A stretch of DNA of 64,000 bases, from positions 17,294-81,293 of the forward strand of contig JBAXLI010000008.1 of the NCBI GenBank assembly GCA_037134895.1. Reading direction: 5' to 3'. Origin of the DNA: Bacteroidota bacterium (GTDB lineage: Bacteria > Bacteroidota > Bacteroidia > Bacteroidales > FEN-979). Position numbers and translations under genes: made by a program. Below the pieces are notes generated by a model. It ran no database searches. It was not told the origin of the DNA and was given only the letters and a program-made list of their open reading frames with translations. Shown here piece by piece: positions 47,301 to 56,676 of the stretch. Numbering within the stretch: the stretch's first letter is position 1; every line of letters begins with the position of its first letter.

Positions 47301-48048
47301 CGAAGATGCTCAAACACTCTTGTCCGACATTCTGAAAAAGAAGATGCTTATCGCACGCGGGGCTATCGGGCTGTTTGCATGCAATTCGGTTGGCGATGAT
47401 GTGGAAGTGTATGCGGATGAACAAAAGCAGAAAACCCTGAACGTTATCCGCTTCCTGCGCAATCAGCAGAAAAAGGAAGACAATGCCCCCAACCTTTGCC
47501 TGGCCGATTTCATCGCTCCTAAAGATTCGGGTTTGACTGATTATATCGGATGTTTCGCAGTGACCGCCGGACTGGGAGTTGAAGAATGGGCGGCAGTGTT
47601 CGAAAAGGACCTTGACGATTACAATGCCATCATGGTTAAGATCCTGGCCGACAGGCTTGCCGAAGCGTTTGCCGAAGCCATGCACCGGCGCGTCAGAAAG
47701 GAATTCTGGGGATATTCCAAAGATGAGAACCTCGACGTGGCTTCAGTAATCCGCGAGGAGTACCAGGGTATAAGGCCTGCCCCGGGCTATCCGGCCTGTC
47801 CTGAACATTCAGAAAAACGAACTTTGTTTGAACTGCTATCAGCCGAAACGAAAGTAGATATAAAACTTACCGAGAATTTTGCCATGTACCCTGCAGCATC
47901 GGTTTCGGGGTACTATTTCTCCCATCCGCTATCACAGTATTTTAACCTGGGAAAAATCAGCCGCGACCAGGTTGCCGATTATGCAAGAAGAAAAGGGCTG
48001 AGTATAGAAAAGGCAGAGAAACTGCTTAATACCAATTTAAACTATTGA
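44374..48048 (+). CDS. metH: Cobalamin-dependent methionine synthase
   Basis: Start trimmed to ATG 44374. 1224 aa. The Hcy-binding, pterin-binding, B12-binding ([10 protein letters not shown]) and AdoMet-activation domains are all recognisable. Confidence 0.9.
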   Translation: MTTLKAAIKERVLTLDGAMGTMIQRYKLDEAAFRGERFREFKHSLKGNNDILVLTQPQVIREIHEKYLEAGADIIETNTFNGTRISQADYHTEEYVYDINFAAARLAREAADNFSASGSGKPRWVAGSMGPTNKTASLSPDVQNPAFRAVTFDQLYEAYREQTRGLIDGGVDMLMVETIFDTLNAKAALIGVFDEIEARGLKGKFPVVASGTITDLSGRTLSGQTLEAFLFSLSHFDLFAIGLNCALGARELRPYIKELAAKAPFPVIAFPNAGLPNQFGEYDQPPAQMAEYIKDFLDNGFVNLVGGCCGTTPEYIARFSELAAKAIPRVVPPRKNELHLSGLEPLVIFEGSNFINIGERTNVSGSKKFARLIREEKYEEALSVARQQVENGAQVIDISMDEAMLDAEKSMTGFLNMIASDPDIARVPVMIDSSKWSVLKSGLKCVQGKCIVNSISLKEGEKSFLEHARYVRKFGAAVVVMAFDEEGQATSFERRIEIAKRAYDLLTDKADFRPEDIIFDPNILTVATGIEEHNNYAVDFLNATRWIKKNLPFARVSGGISNLSFSFRGNDFLREAMHSAFLFHAIQAGLDMGIVNAGALPVYDEIEKELLKLVEDVILNRRKDGTERLLAYADNMKEGPDREKKAEEWRALPVVERLQHSLIKGITEFIEQDVEEALPLFDQALKVIEGPLMDGMNIVGDLFGSGKMFLPQVVKSARVMKKAVGYLTPRIEAEKKAGSSAAKPNGKILMATVKGDVHDIGKNIVGVILACNNYEVIDLGVMVPTERIIAAAREHGVDIIGLSGLITPSLEEMVNVAMEMKREKLSIPLLLGGATTSEIHTAVKVEPEYPHGVIHVKDASKAVGVAANLLSDENRDAFLQKIKLKYAGMRSLYDKKADYEYLNLSDARRNRLKTDWKKYLPVKPELLGTKVFIDYPLDELVPYIDWTFFFHAWKLGGKYPQIFSDPVKGTEAKKLFEDAQTLLSDILKKKMLIARGAIGLFACNSVGDDVEVYADEQKQKTLNVIRFLRNQQKKEDNAPNLCLADFIAPKDSGLTDYIGCFAVTAGLGVEEWAAVFEKDLDDYNAIMVKILADRLAEAFAEAMHRRVRKEFWGYSKDENLDVASVIREEYQGIRPAPGYPACPEHSEKRTLFELLSAETKVDIKLTENFAMYPAASVSGYYFSHPLSQYFNLGKISRDQVADYARRKGLSIEKAEKLLNTNLNY

Positions 48049-48051
48049 AGA

Positions 48052-49008
48052 ATGCGAGTTATTGATATCATTAAACAAGCTGATAAAACATTATTTTCAT
48101 TTGAGCTTCTCCCTCCGCTGAGAGGGAATAACATCACCAGCATCTACAAGGTGATCGATCCCCTGATGGAGTACAAGCCTTCGTTCATTAACGTGACGTA
48201 TCACCAGGAAGAGGTTGTTTACAAGAAGCATCCAAGCGGACTTCTTGAAAAAAAGACCATCCGCAAGAGGCCTGGAACCGTGGCCATATCCGCTGCCATT
48301 AAAAATAAATATACCGCGGTTGAAGTGGTTCCTCACCTGATCTGCGGTGGTTTTTCAAAGGAAGAAACCGAGTATGCCCTGATCGACTTTCATTACCTGG
48401 GAATCGACAATATTCTTGCCCTCAGGGGTGATGCCCCCAGGAACCTGAGGACTTTCCAGCCCGAAGAGAACGGTCATTCCCATGCCGATGATCTGGTCTC
48501 CCAGATCAGGGAGATGAACCAGGGAAAATTCCTTGACGATGAAATGCAGCATACTTTCAAGACAAATTTCTGTATTGGAGTTGCCGGATATCCAGAGAAA
48601 CATATTGAAGCCCCGAACATGTCGACCGACCTGTCGCAACTGAAGAAGAAAATCGACGCAGGTGCCGAATTCATCATCACCCAGATGTTTTTCGATAATA
48701 AGAAGTATTTCAGTTTCGTGGATGCCTGCCGAAAGGAAGGGATCAGCGTCCCAATAATTCCCGGATTGAAGCCCATTTGTACCATGAGGGAACTTAATGC
48801 CCTTCCGCAGATATTTTACATTGACATACCCGAGGAACTTTCGAAAGAGGTTCAGAAATGCAATTCGAACGATGATGTGTTCAAGGTTGGAATCGAATGG
48901 GGTATCAGGCAGTCACAGGAACTTCTCGATAACGGGGTTCCGGTTTTACACTATTTTACCGTTGGCATTTCGGAGAATATCCGGCAGATTGCAAAGGCAA
49001 TTTTTTAA
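48052..49008 (+). CDS. metF: 5,10-methylenetetrahydrofolate reductase
   Basis: 318 aa (FSFELLPP.., ..ALRGD.., ..GVAGYPEKH.., ..FIITQMFFD..). It lies directly downstream of metH. Confidence 0.85.
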   Translation: MRVIDIIKQADKTLFSFELLPPLRGNNITSIYKVIDPLMEYKPSFINVTYHQEEVVYKKHPSGLLEKKTIRKRPGTVAISAAIKNKYTAVEVVPHLICGGFSKEETEYALIDFHYLGIDNILALRGDAPRNLRTFQPEENGHSHADDLVSQIREMNQGKFLDDEMQHTFKTNFCIGVAGYPEKHIEAPNMSTDLSQLKKKIDAGAEFIITQMFFDNKKYFSFVDACRKEGISVPIIPGLKPICTMRELNALPQIFYIDIPEELSKEVQKCNSNDDVFKVGIEWGIRQSQELLDNGVPVLHYFTVGISENIRQIAKAIF

Positions 49009-49018
49009 GCATTCTTTT

Positions 49019-49762
49019 ATGAATCACTTGCAAACACTTACAAAAGATGCCAGGGCCGGCAGAAAAAAATTCGCCGTCCTGATCGACCCGGATAAATCGA
49101 CACCTGCTTCGATCAGGAGCCTGGCGGGGATTGCGGTAAAGGCTGGCGTCGACTATTTCTTCTTCGGTGGAAGCCTGCTTACAAGCAATGAAGGTGGTGA
49201 ACAGATAAGGATGTTGAAGCAAGAATCCGATATTCCTGTTATTTTATTCCCGGGCAGCAGTTTGCAGGTGTATCCCGATGCCGATGGGATCCTGCTTCTT
49301 TCGCTGATATCGGGAAGGAATCCCGAAATGCTTATCGGAAAACATGTTGAATCTGCAGCCCTGCTCAAAGCCAGCAAACTTGAGATAATCCCTACCGCAT
49401 ACATGCTTGTCGACGGTGGAAAACCTACTTCTGTTTCATATATCAGCAATACTCTTCCAATACCTGCAGACAAGCCTGATATTGCTGCTTGCACTGCTCT
49501 CGCGGGAGAGATGCTTGGCCTGAAACTTATCTATATGGATGCAGGTTCGGGAGCTTTGAACCCGGTATCTTCAGAGATGATCTCGAAAGTGAAGCAGGAA
49601 ACCTCATTACCACTCATTATAGGCGGAGGCATCTCTGATATCCGCAAGGCGAAAAACGCATTGGAAGCCGGAGCTGACATCATTGTTACCGGAAACGCGA
49701 TTGAGAAGAACCCGGGACTGATGTCCGATATCGGAAGTCTGATGACGGGATACAGGACATAG
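49019..49762 (+). CDS. Geranylgeranylglyceryl/heptaprenylglyceryl phosphate synthase family protein (PcrB/GGGPS-like)
   Basis: Start trimmed to ATG 49019 (MNHLQTLTKD..). Motifs ..AVLIDPDK.., ..IYMDAGSGA.., ..LIIGGGI.., ..ADIIVTGNA.. match the TIM-barrel GGGPS family. The stop TAG overlaps the first unit of repeat locus L8. Confidence 0.7.
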   Translation: MNHLQTLTKDARAGRKKFAVLIDPDKSTPASIRSLAGIAVKAGVDYFFFGGSLLTSNEGGEQIRMLKQESDIPVILFPGSSLQVYPDADGILLLSLISGRNPEMLIGKHVESAALLKASKLEIIPTAYMLVDGGKPTSVSYISNTLPIPADKPDIAACTALAGEMLGLKLIYMDAGSGALNPVSSEMISKVKQETSLPLIIGGGISDIRKAKNALEAGADIIVTGNAIEKNPGLMSDIGSLMTGYRT

Positions 49763-49906
49763 GATGCGGGATGCAGGATGCATGATGATTGATTCTACTT
49801 TATCTTGCATCTTGCATCTTGCATCTTGCATCTTGTACCTTGCATCTTGCATCTTGCATCTTGTACCTTGCATCTTGCATCCCGCATCTTACATCCCTTA
49901 CCTTTA
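49761..49906. repeat. Heptamer array locus L8: class C x3-4, 13-nt spacer, class C' x15 (asymmetric hairpin)
   Basis: AGGATGC GGGATGC AGGATGC ATGATGA (49761..49788), then ATCTTGC/ATCTTGT/ACCTTGC variants in unbroken phase at 49802..49906. It overlaps the GGGPS-like stop TAG (49760..49762) and contains the elbB stop (49904..49906). Confidence 0.95.
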
Positions 49907-50551
49907 GCACGCTTTCATCATTTCCCCCACGATATTCCTCGTTCCTTCCTCGATCTGTCCCATTGTTGCGTCAAGCATATAGCAGGGGGTGGTGAAAAGC
50001 TTATGTACCGGGTCAATCACAACCTGGGCATGATCGGTTGTAATATTGATATTTCCCTGTTTTTCGATAAAACCAGCTGAGGCGGGATCCTGCCCTGTGG
50101 TTAATTTTGCTCCCTTGAAAAGAATGGCAAGTATCACCGGTGCAATACACATGGCCCCAATGGGTTTCCCTGCTTCATGCATGGCTTTGACGGCTCTTTC
50201 GACATCTGGGTTTACCCTGGCGTTATCGCCTTCATACGCCCAGCTGCAAAGATTTTTGGCAGCGCCGAATCCGCCGGGAAAAATAAGTGCATCGAAATCA
50301 GAAGCCCTGAATTCACTTAAAGGTTTGACATTGCCCCTTGTGATCCTTGACGCTTCAGTAAGTACGTTCCGTTTTTCGGGGGAGGGTTTCCCCTGAAGAT
50401 GATCAATCACATGATACTGCTCGGTATCCGGGGCAAAGCATCCTGCTGATGCACCGGCTTTCTCAATGGCAAGAAGGGTCAGAACGGTCTCGGTGATCTC
50501 TGCTCCGTCAAAAACACCGCAACCTGCAAGGACTACAGCAAATTTTTTCAT
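49904..50551 (-). CDS. elbB: DJ-1/PfpI-family protein ElbB (isoprenoid biosynthesis glyoxalase-like)
   Basis: 215 aa (MKKFAVVLAGCGVFDGAEI.., ..ALIFPGGFGAAKNL.., ..GAMCIAP..). Confidence 0.75.
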   Translation of the reverse strand: MKKFAVVLAGCGVFDGAEITETVLTLLAIEKAGASAGCFAPDTEQYHVIDHLQGKPSPEKRNVLTEASRITRGNVKPLSEFRASDFDALIFPGGFGAAKNLCSWAYEGDNARVNPDVERAVKAMHEAGKPIGAMCIAPVILAILFKGAKLTTGQDPASAGFIEKQGNINITTDHAQVVIDPVHKLFTTPCYMLDATMGQIEEGTRNIVGEMMKAC

Positions 50552-50636
50552 GTTTCCTGCGTTATATTGTTTAACCTGGTTTCACTGGTAAAATTATTAA
50601 AAATCAATGCCTGAAAACAAATTCGACATACATTCT

Positions 50637-50644
50637 TATTTTTG
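50637..50644 (+). promoter_or_regulatory. Match to the Bacteroidetes -7 promoter element (TATTTTTG) upstream of the wbpE-like gene
   Basis: The motif lies 24 nt upstream of ATG 50669, in the divergent region with elbB. Confidence 0.35.
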
Positions 50645-50668
50645 CAGAATCTAAAAATACTTTTACTG

Positions 50669-51799
50669 ATGAAGAAAATTCAAATGGTCGACTTACGCAG
50701 TCAGTACCTGAACATGAAAGAAGAGATTGACAAGGCAGTTCATGAGGTCATTGATTCATGCGCCTTTATTAACGGTCCGGCCGTGCAGGGTTTCCAGAAA
50801 GACCTGGAAAAATATCTTGGAATAAAGCATGTGATCCCCTGTGCCAACGGTACCGATGCCTTGCAGGTTGCCATGATGGCACTTGGCCTTGAGCCGGGAG
50901 ATGAAGTCATCACAACCTCCTTTACTTTTATTGCAACTGCGGAAGTCATTGCCCTGCTTAGGCTGACGCCCGTGCTCGTTGACGTGGATCCTGACACCTT
51001 CAACATTGATCCGAAAGCTATTGAAAAAGCCATTACTCCCAAAACCAAAGCTATTGTCCCTGTTCATCTTTTCGGGCAGACAGCACCTATGGAAGAGATC
51101 ATGGCTATTGCTGAAAAACATAAGTTGTTTGTCATTGAAGACAACTGCCAGGCTATCGGGGCCGACTATATTTTCAGCGACGGCAGCATGAAGAAGGCAG
51201 GAACCATCGGGCAGATAGGATGCACCTCGTTTTTCCCTTCGAAGAACCTGGGATGCTATGGAGACGGGGGAGCAATCTTTACGAATGATGACAAGCTTGC
51301 AAGCCAGTTAAGGGTGGTCGTCAATCACGGGATGGCAGTAAGGTATTATCATGATTATGTGGGGGTGAATTCACGCCTCGACAGCATTCAGGCAGCAGTT
51401 CTGAAAGTCAAATTGCAGTATCTTGACCATTATGCTGCAAAACGCAGGGCTGCTGCGGATTTCTATGATAAAGCCTTTGCCGGGAACCCCAGACTGCAAA
51501 CACCTGCGAGATATTCACATTCGAACCATGTATTCCATCAGTATACCCTGGTGACAAAAGATATCGACCGTGCAGCCCTGATAGCCCACCTGAATTCCAG
51601 GGATATCCCGGCCATGATCTATTACCCCGTGCCCCTGCATCTGCAGAAAGCATATATCGATCCCCGTTACAAACCGGGAGATTTTCCTGTAACAGAACAT
51701 CTTTCAAATACAGTGGTTTCCTTGCCTATGCATACAGAACTGGATGAGGAGCAGCTGAAACATATAACCTCTGCAGTACTTGAATTTGTAAAAGGCTGA
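50669..51799 (+). CDS. DegT/DnrJ/EryC1/StrS-family PLP-dependent sugar aminotransferase (WbpE-like)
   Basis: Start trimmed to ATG 50669. Motifs: ..FINGP.., ..CANGTDAL.., ..[16 protein letters not shown].. Confidence 0.85.
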   Translation: MKKIQMVDLRSQYLNMKEEIDKAVHEVIDSCAFINGPAVQGFQKDLEKYLGIKHVIPCANGTDALQVAMMALGLEPGDEVITTSFTFIATAEVIALLRLTPVLVDVDPDTFNIDPKAIEKAITPKTKAIVPVHLFGQTAPMEEIMAIAEKHKLFVIEDNCQAIGADYIFSDGSMKKAGTIGQIGCTSFFPSKNLGCYGDGGAIFTNDDKLASQLRVVVNHGMAVRYYHDYVGVNSRLDSIQAAVLKVKLQYLDHYAAKRRAAADFYDKAFAGNPRLQTPARYSHSNHVFHQYTLVTKDIDRAALIAHLNSRDIPAMIYYPVPLHLQKAYIDPRYKPGDFPVTEHLSNTVVSLPMHTELDEEQLKHITSAVLEFVKG

Positions 51800-51800
51800 C

Positions 51801-52382
51801 ATGGAAAAGGAATATTTTGCTCATGAATCGGCCATCATAGACGAAGGCTGTAAGATCGGGAAAGGGGTGAAAATATGGCATTTCACCCACATCATGAAAG
51901 ACTGCGAAATAGGAGAAGGCTGTAACCTCGGTCAGAATGTTGTGGTTTCACCCCAGGTGAAACTTGGAAGGAATGTGAAGGTACAGAACAATGTTTCTAT
52001 CTATACGGGGGTGATCTGCGAGGATGATGTTTTCCTTGGCCCTTCGATGGTTTTTACGAATGTGATCAATCCGCGTTCACATATCCTCAGGAGAGACCAG
52101 TACCTGCAAACCCTTGTTAAAAATGGAGCTTCAATCGGTGCGAATGCAACTATCGTTTGCGGCCATACCATTGGTGAATTTGCCTTTATAGGTGCCGGTG
52201 CCGTTGTGACTAAGGATGTTCCCCCTTATGCCCTGGTTGTTGGCAATCCTGGCAGGCATGTTGGTTGGATGAGCGAATACGGCCACAGGCTGGAGTTTGA
52301 CAAACTGGGAATTGCAGTTTGCCCTGAAAGCGGTGAAAAATATCAGTTGAACAACGGTAAAGTAATTAAATCAGGTAAATGA
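51801..52382 (+). CDS. Left-handed beta-helix N-acetyltransferase (WbpD-like)
   Basis: 193 aa with hexapeptide repeats throughout (..[13 protein letters not shown].., ..[13 protein letters not shown]..). Confidence 0.8.
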   Translation: MEKEYFAHESAIIDEGCKIGKGVKIWHFTHIMKDCEIGEGCNLGQNVVVSPQVKLGRNVKVQNNVSIYTGVICEDDVFLGPSMVFTNVINPRSHILRRDQYLQTLVKNGASIGANATIVCGHTIGEFAFIGAGAVVTKDVPPYALVVGNPGRHVGWMSEYGHRLEFDKLGIAVCPESGEKYQLNNGKVIKSGK

Positions 52383-53371
52383 AAATGACTGAATTGAACA
52401 GGCCGGCGAATTTTGCACTGATTGGAGCTGCAGGTTATATTGCACCCCGGCATATGAAAGCTATAAAGGAGACTGGAAACAGGCTGATTTGTGCACTGGA
52501 TCCATATGACGGAGTCGGGATCATTGACAGTTATTTCCCGGATGCTGACTTTTTTATTGAGCCGGAACGTTTTGACCGCCACCTCGACAAGCTCAGGAGG
52601 ATGGGCATAGCCAGGAAAAGACAGGAAGACAACAGGGTTGATTATGTGAGCATCTGCTCTCCCAACTATATGCACGATTCGCATATCAGGCTGGCCCTTC
52701 GCAATGATGCCAATGCCATTTGCGAAAAACCGATTGTGCTTAATCCCTGGAATCTTGATGCCTTGAAAGAGATCGAGAAGGAGACAGGGAAAAAAGTGTA
52801 TACCGTGCTCCAGCTCAGATTGCATCCGGTGATCATCGCCTTGCGTGAGAAGATAAGGAAAGGCCCAAAGAACAAGGTATACAACCTTGACCTTACTTAT
52901 ATCACCTCGAGGGGCAACTGGTATTATCGTTCCTGGAAAGGTGATGTTTCCAAATCGGGTGGCATCGCAACCAATATAGGAATTCACTTTTTTGATATGC
53001 TTACCTGGATCTTCGGAGATGTAAAAGCCAACAAGGTCCATGTGATGAACGGGAACAAGGCAGGAGGGTATCTTGAACTCGAAAAAGCCAGGATACGCTG
53101 GTTTCTCAGCCTTGATTATAATGACGTTCCCGATGATGTGAAGAAAGCCGGAAAGCGTACTTACCGTTTGCTGACCCTTGACGGGGATGCCGTTGAGTTC
53201 AGCGAAGGATTCACCGACCTGCATACTGTTACATACAGGGAAATTTTAAGCGGTCAGGGGTTCGGGCTGAGTGATGCCAGACCCAGTATAAATATTGCAT
53301 TCCAGATCAGGAACGAGACCCCGGTGGGGCTTAAGGGGGATTATCATCCGTTTCTGAAAGGTGGGGATTAG
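52379..53371 (+). CDS. Gfo/Idh/MocA-family NAD-dependent sugar oxidoreductase (WbpB-like)
   Basis: 330 aa with an N-terminal Rossmann motif ([14 protein letters not shown]) and ..EKPIVLN.. There is an ATGA overlap with the upstream gene. The stop TAG lies inside repeat locus L9. Confidence 0.8.
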   Translation: MKMTELNRPANFALIGAAGYIAPRHMKAIKETGNRLICALDPYDGVGIIDSYFPDADFFIEPERFDRHLDKLRRMGIARKRQEDNRVDYVSICSPNYMHDSHIRLALRNDANAICEKPIVLNPWNLDALKEIEKETGKKVYTVLQLRLHPVIIALREKIRKGPKNKVYNLDLTYITSRGNWYYRSWKGDVSKSGGIATNIGIHFFDMLTWIFGDVKANKVHVMNGNKAGGYLELEKARIRWFLSLDYNDVPDDVKKAGKRTYRLLTLDGDAVEFSEGFTDLHTVTYREILSGQGFGLSDARPSINIAFQIRNETPVGLKGDYHPFLKGGD

Positions 53372-53478
53372 GGATTGGGGATTAGGGATTAGGGATTGGG
53401 GATTAGGGATTAGGGATTAGGGATTAGGGATTAGGGATTAGTAATACCTTAAACCCCAACCCCCAACCCCCTACCCCT
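53364..53478. repeat. Heptamer array locus L9: class A x11, 10-nt spacer, class A'-like x4
   Basis: GGGATTA/GGGATTG x11 (53364..53440), then AAACCCC AACCCCC AACCCCC TACCCCT (53451..53478). It contains the wbpB-like stop TAG (53369..53371) and lies 26 nt upstream of the galE ATG. Confidence 0.95.
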
Positions 53479-53503
53479 AAAACGTTTTACAAAAACTAAA
53501 CTT

Positions 53504-54526
53504 ATGAAAATACTAGTGACAGGCGGAACCGGCTACATCGGCAGTCATACCGTAGTGGAGCTCCAGGCCAGGGGTTTTGAAGTCATCATCGTTGATGATT
53601 TTTCGAATTCCTCTGCCGACGTGCTTGATAACATCGCTTTGATCAGCGGGAAAAAGCCAATGTTCGAACAGTTTGACCTTACCGATGCAATGAAAACCTC
53701 GGCTTTTTTCGGTAAACACAGCGACATCTCCGGGATCATACATTTCGCAGCTTTCAAGGCGGTGGGTGAGTCGGTGGAGCAACCACTGAAATATTACCGC
53801 AATAACCTTGTTTCCCTGATCAACATCCTCCAGGGCATGAAGGATAACGGGATCCGGAACATTGTGTTTTCTTCTTCCTGCACAGTTTACGGACAGCCAG
53901 AGAAGCTCCCTGTCAAGGAAGACGCCCCTATACAGGCAGCCTGGTCACCATATGGAAATACCAAGCAGATATCTGAAGAGATCATCAGAGATACCAGCAA
54001 TGTCAATGATGTATTTGGAATTCTTTTAAGGTATTTTAACCCCATAGGGGCGCATGAATCGGCAATCATTGGTGAACTTCCGCTTGGTGTGCCTAATTGT
54101 TTAATGCCATATATTACACAAACTGCCATTGGCAAGAGGCCCTTCCTGAGGGTATGGGGAAACGATTACAGCACTCCCGACGGGACTGCGATCCGTGATT
54201 ACCTGCATGTGACCGACCTTGCAAAGGCGCATGTGGTTGCTGTGGAACGTATGCTGAACGGGAAAATGAAAGAGAAGGTTGAGGTGTTCAATCTAGGCAC
54301 TGGAAACGGTTGCTCCGTACTTCAGGTCATCGAGTCTTTTCAGCGTACGACAGGAGTCAAACTGAATTCCCAGATCATGGAACGCAGGCCCGGAGATATA
54401 GAACAGGTTTGGGCCGATACTGAATTCGCCAACACGGAGCTTGGATGGAAAGCTGAGAAGACCCTTGACGAAATGACGGCTTCTGCCTGGAAGTGGGAAA
54501 AGGTCCTTGCTGAAAAGGGGCGTTAG
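53504..54526 (+). CDS. galE: UDP-glucose 4-epimerase
   Basis: 340 aa (MKILVTGGTGYIGSH.., ..YGNTK.., ..DGTAIRDYLHV..). Confidence 0.85.
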   Translation: MKILVTGGTGYIGSHTVVELQARGFEVIIVDDFSNSSADVLDNIALISGKKPMFEQFDLTDAMKTSAFFGKHSDISGIIHFAAFKAVGESVEQPLKYYRNNLVSLINILQGMKDNGIRNIVFSSSCTVYGQPEKLPVKEDAPIQAAWSPYGNTKQISEEIIRDTSNVNDVFGILLRYFNPIGAHESAIIGELPLGVPNCLMPYITQTAIGKRPFLRVWGNDYSTPDGTAIRDYLHVTDLAKAHVVAVERMLNGKMKEKVEVFNLGTGNGCSVLQVIESFQRTTGVKLNSQIMERRPGDIEQVWADTEFANTELGWKAEKTLDEMTASAWKWEKVLAEKGR

Positions 54527-54538
54527 GATATTATTTTG

Positions 54539-54546
54539 TACATTTG
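54539..54546 (+). promoter_or_regulatory. Match to the Bacteroidetes -7 promoter element (TACATTTG) upstream of rfbB
   Basis: The motif lies 27 nt upstream of ATG 54574. Confidence 0.3.
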
Positions 54547-54573
54547 AGATTCAAACATTAAATTTTCGTTGCG

Positions 54574-55623
54574 ATGAAAACAATTCTGATCACCGGAGGT
54601 GCAGGGTTTATTGGTTCCCATGTAGTGCGGAGGTTCGTGAAAAATTATCCGCAGTACCATATTGTTAACCTCGACAAGCTTACATATGCCGGGAATCTTT
54701 CCAATCTCAGGGATATTGAAAAGGAACCGAATTACGAATTCATCAAGGCGGATATCGTTGCAGCCGAGCTGGTCAAGAAGATCTTCCAGAAATACAAGTT
54801 TGACGGAGTGATCCATCTTGCCGCCGAATCACATGTTGACAGGTCGATAACAAATCCCACGGAGTTCATTTACACAAATATTGTTGGAACAGTGAACCTT
54901 CTTAACGCAGCCCGTGAGGTATGGACTCATACTGAAGGAAAGCGGTTTTATCATATTTCGACGGATGAAGTTTACGGGTCTTTAGGCGAGAAGGGTTTAT
55001 TTACGGAAGAGACTTCCTATGATCCGAGGAGCCCTTACTCTGCATCCAAAGCCAGTTCTGATCATCTTGTACGGGCTTATTTTCATACATACAAACTCCC
55101 CGTTGTAATCTCGAATTGTTCGAACAATTACGGCCCATACCAGTTTCCCGAAAAACTCATTCCGCTTTCAATAAACAATATCAGGAACAACAAACTTATC
55201 CCGGTTTACGGCAAGGGAGAGAACATCCGTGACTGGTTATATGTTGAAGACCATGCGGAAGCGATTGACCGCATCTTCCATTCGGGGATCAATGGGGAGA
55301 CGTACAATATTGGCGGGCATAATGAATGGAAAAACATTGACCTGCTCAGGTTGTTATGCAAGATCATGGATCAGAAACTGCGACGTACAGCAGGATCTTC
55401 CGAACAGCTTATCACCTATGTGAAAGACCGGGCCGGCCATGATCTGCGGTATGCAATCGACTCAGCCAAAATTCAGAAAGACCTGAAATGGAGAGTAAGT
55501 ACCATGTTTGAGCAAGGCCTTGAGAAGACTGTCGACTGGTATCTTGCCAACGAGGAATGGATGAAGAATGTCACCTCGGGGGAATACCAGAAGTATTATG
55601 AAGGACAGTATACCAAGAGGTAG
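54574..55623 (+). CDS. rfbB: dTDP-glucose 4,6-dehydratase
   Basis: 349 aa (MKTILITGGAGFIGSH.., ..HISTDEVYG.., ..PYSASKASSDHLV.., ..GHDLRYAID..). Confidence 0.9.
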   Translation: MKTILITGGAGFIGSHVVRRFVKNYPQYHIVNLDKLTYAGNLSNLRDIEKEPNYEFIKADIVAAELVKKIFQKYKFDGVIHLAAESHVDRSITNPTEFIYTNIVGTVNLLNAAREVWTHTEGKRFYHISTDEVYGSLGEKGLFTEETSYDPRSPYSASKASSDHLVRAYFHTYKLPVVISNCSNNYGPYQFPEKLIPLSINNIRNNKLIPVYGKGENIRDWLYVEDHAEAIDRIFHSGINGETYNIGGHNEWKNIDLLRLLCKIMDQKLRRTAGSSEQLITYVKDRAGHDLRYAIDSAKIQKDLKWRVSTMFEQGLEKTVDWYLANEEWMKNVTSGEYQKYYEGQYTKR

Positions 55624-55640
55624 AAACCGGAAATCATGTA

Positions 55641-55682
55641 AAAGAAAGGCCCCGTGCATCTGCCACGGGGCCTTTCTTTTTT
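55641..55682. terminator. Bidirectional Rho-independent terminator between convergent rfbB and fabD
   Basis: A perfect 16-bp stem, AAAGAAAGGCCCCGTG (55641..55656) pairing with CACGGGGCCTTTCTTT (55664..55679). The loop is 7 nt. A/T tracts flank both sides. Confidence 0.85.
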
Positions 55683-56557
55683 CAGGCGCCTGAAACGCTT
55701 ACATCTTTCCCGATCTTGGAAATCAGGCCCTGCAACACATTTCCGGGTCCGACTTCAATGAAATGAGTGGCACCATCGGCTATCATTCGCTGTATCAGCT
55801 GTGTCCACAAAACCGGAGCCGTAAGCTGGGCAACCAGGTTTTCCTTTATCTTTAAGGGATTAGTAACTCTTTCGGCAGTGGCATTCTGGTATATCGGGCA
55901 TATAGGCTCATGAAAAACAGTGCTGTTGATTGCCTCAGCAAGTTCAACCCTTGCAGGTTCCATCAACGGAGAGTGGAAAGCACCGCCTACCTTCAGAGGA
56001 AGAGCACGTCTTGCTCCGGCCGCTTTCAGTTTCTCGCAGGCAATTTCAATCCCTTTCAGACTTCCTGAAATGACCAGCTGGCCGGGACTGTTGTAATTTG
56101 CAGGAACTACTATTTCATCAATACTTTTACAGATCTCTTCCACCTTCTGGTCGTCAAGGCCCAGGATTGCAGCCATAGTCGAAGGTTCTTTCTCACAGGC
56201 TTTCTGCATGGCATTTGCCCTTGCGAACACCAGCCTCAGAGCGTCTTCAAATGATAATACCCTGTTAGCAACAAGGGCAGAAAATTCTCCCAGGGAATGC
56301 CCGGCTACCATATCTGGTTTAAATGAATCTCCCAGGGTAGAGGCCAGGATTATAGAATGCAGGAAGATCGCGGGCTGGGTTACCCTGGTCTGTCTCAGGT
56401 CCTCGTCGGTGCCGGCGAACATGAGGTCGGTGATCCGGAAACCTAAAACTTCATTTGCTTTTTCAAACAGATTTTTTGCGGAATCAGATTTCTCATAAAG
56501 ATCCTTTCCCATTCCGACAAACTGGGCTCCCTGCCCGGGAAATACGTATGCTGACAT
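55682..56557 (-). CDS. fabD: Malonyl-CoA:ACP transacylase
   Basis: 291 aa (MSAYVFPGQGAQ.., active site GHSLGEFSAL, ..GAFHSPLM..). Confidence 0.9.
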   Translation of the reverse strand: MSAYVFPGQGAQFVGMGKDLYEKSDSAKNLFEKANEVLGFRITDLMFAGTDEDLRQTRVTQPAIFLHSIILASTLGDSFKPDMVAGHSLGEFSALVANRVLSFEDALRLVFARANAMQKACEKEPSTMAAILGLDDQKVEEICKSIDEIVVPANYNSPGQLVISGSLKGIEIACEKLKAAGARRALPLKVGGAFHSPLMEPARVELAEAINSTVFHEPICPIYQNATAERVTNPLKIKENLVAQLTAPVLWTQLIQRMIADGATHFIEVGPGNVLQGLISKIGKDVSVSGA

Positions 56558-56593
56558 ATAGCTCTTTTTAGAGGTTAATCTTTGTGATACAAT

Positions 56594-56676
56594 TTACGAG
56601 TGACGAATGACGAGTGACGATTTCTGAATTCGTAACTCGTAACTCGTAATTCGTAATTCGTAATTCGTAACTTACT
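56594..56676. repeat. Heptamer array locus L10: class B' x4, 6-nt spacer, class B x6-7 (hairpin)
   Basis: TTACGAG TGACGAA TGACGAG TGACGAT (56594..56621), then ATTCGTA ACTCGTA ACTCGTA ATTCGTA x3 ACTTACT (56628..56676). The last degenerate unit contains the BI-1 stop (56672..56674). Confidence 0.95.

Noticed and set aside
52343-53224. Long antisense ORFs (293 aa here; also 47023..47685, 44847..45491, 44788..45390, 62296..63075, 390..908, 3366..3929)
   Set aside because: Each lies entirely antisense to, or out of frame within, a gene with a strong family assignment. They have odd composition and no recognisable motifs. These are typical shadow ORFs.
53364-53440. TTAGGG-like (GGGATTA) and TTTAGGG repeats could indicate eukaryotic telomeric contamination or a linear-replicon telomere
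   Set aside because: The arrays are short and internal. They are flanked on both sides by contiguous bacterial genes, recur at several intergenic sites, and are paired with their own reverse complement. The resemblance to telomere repeats is compositional.
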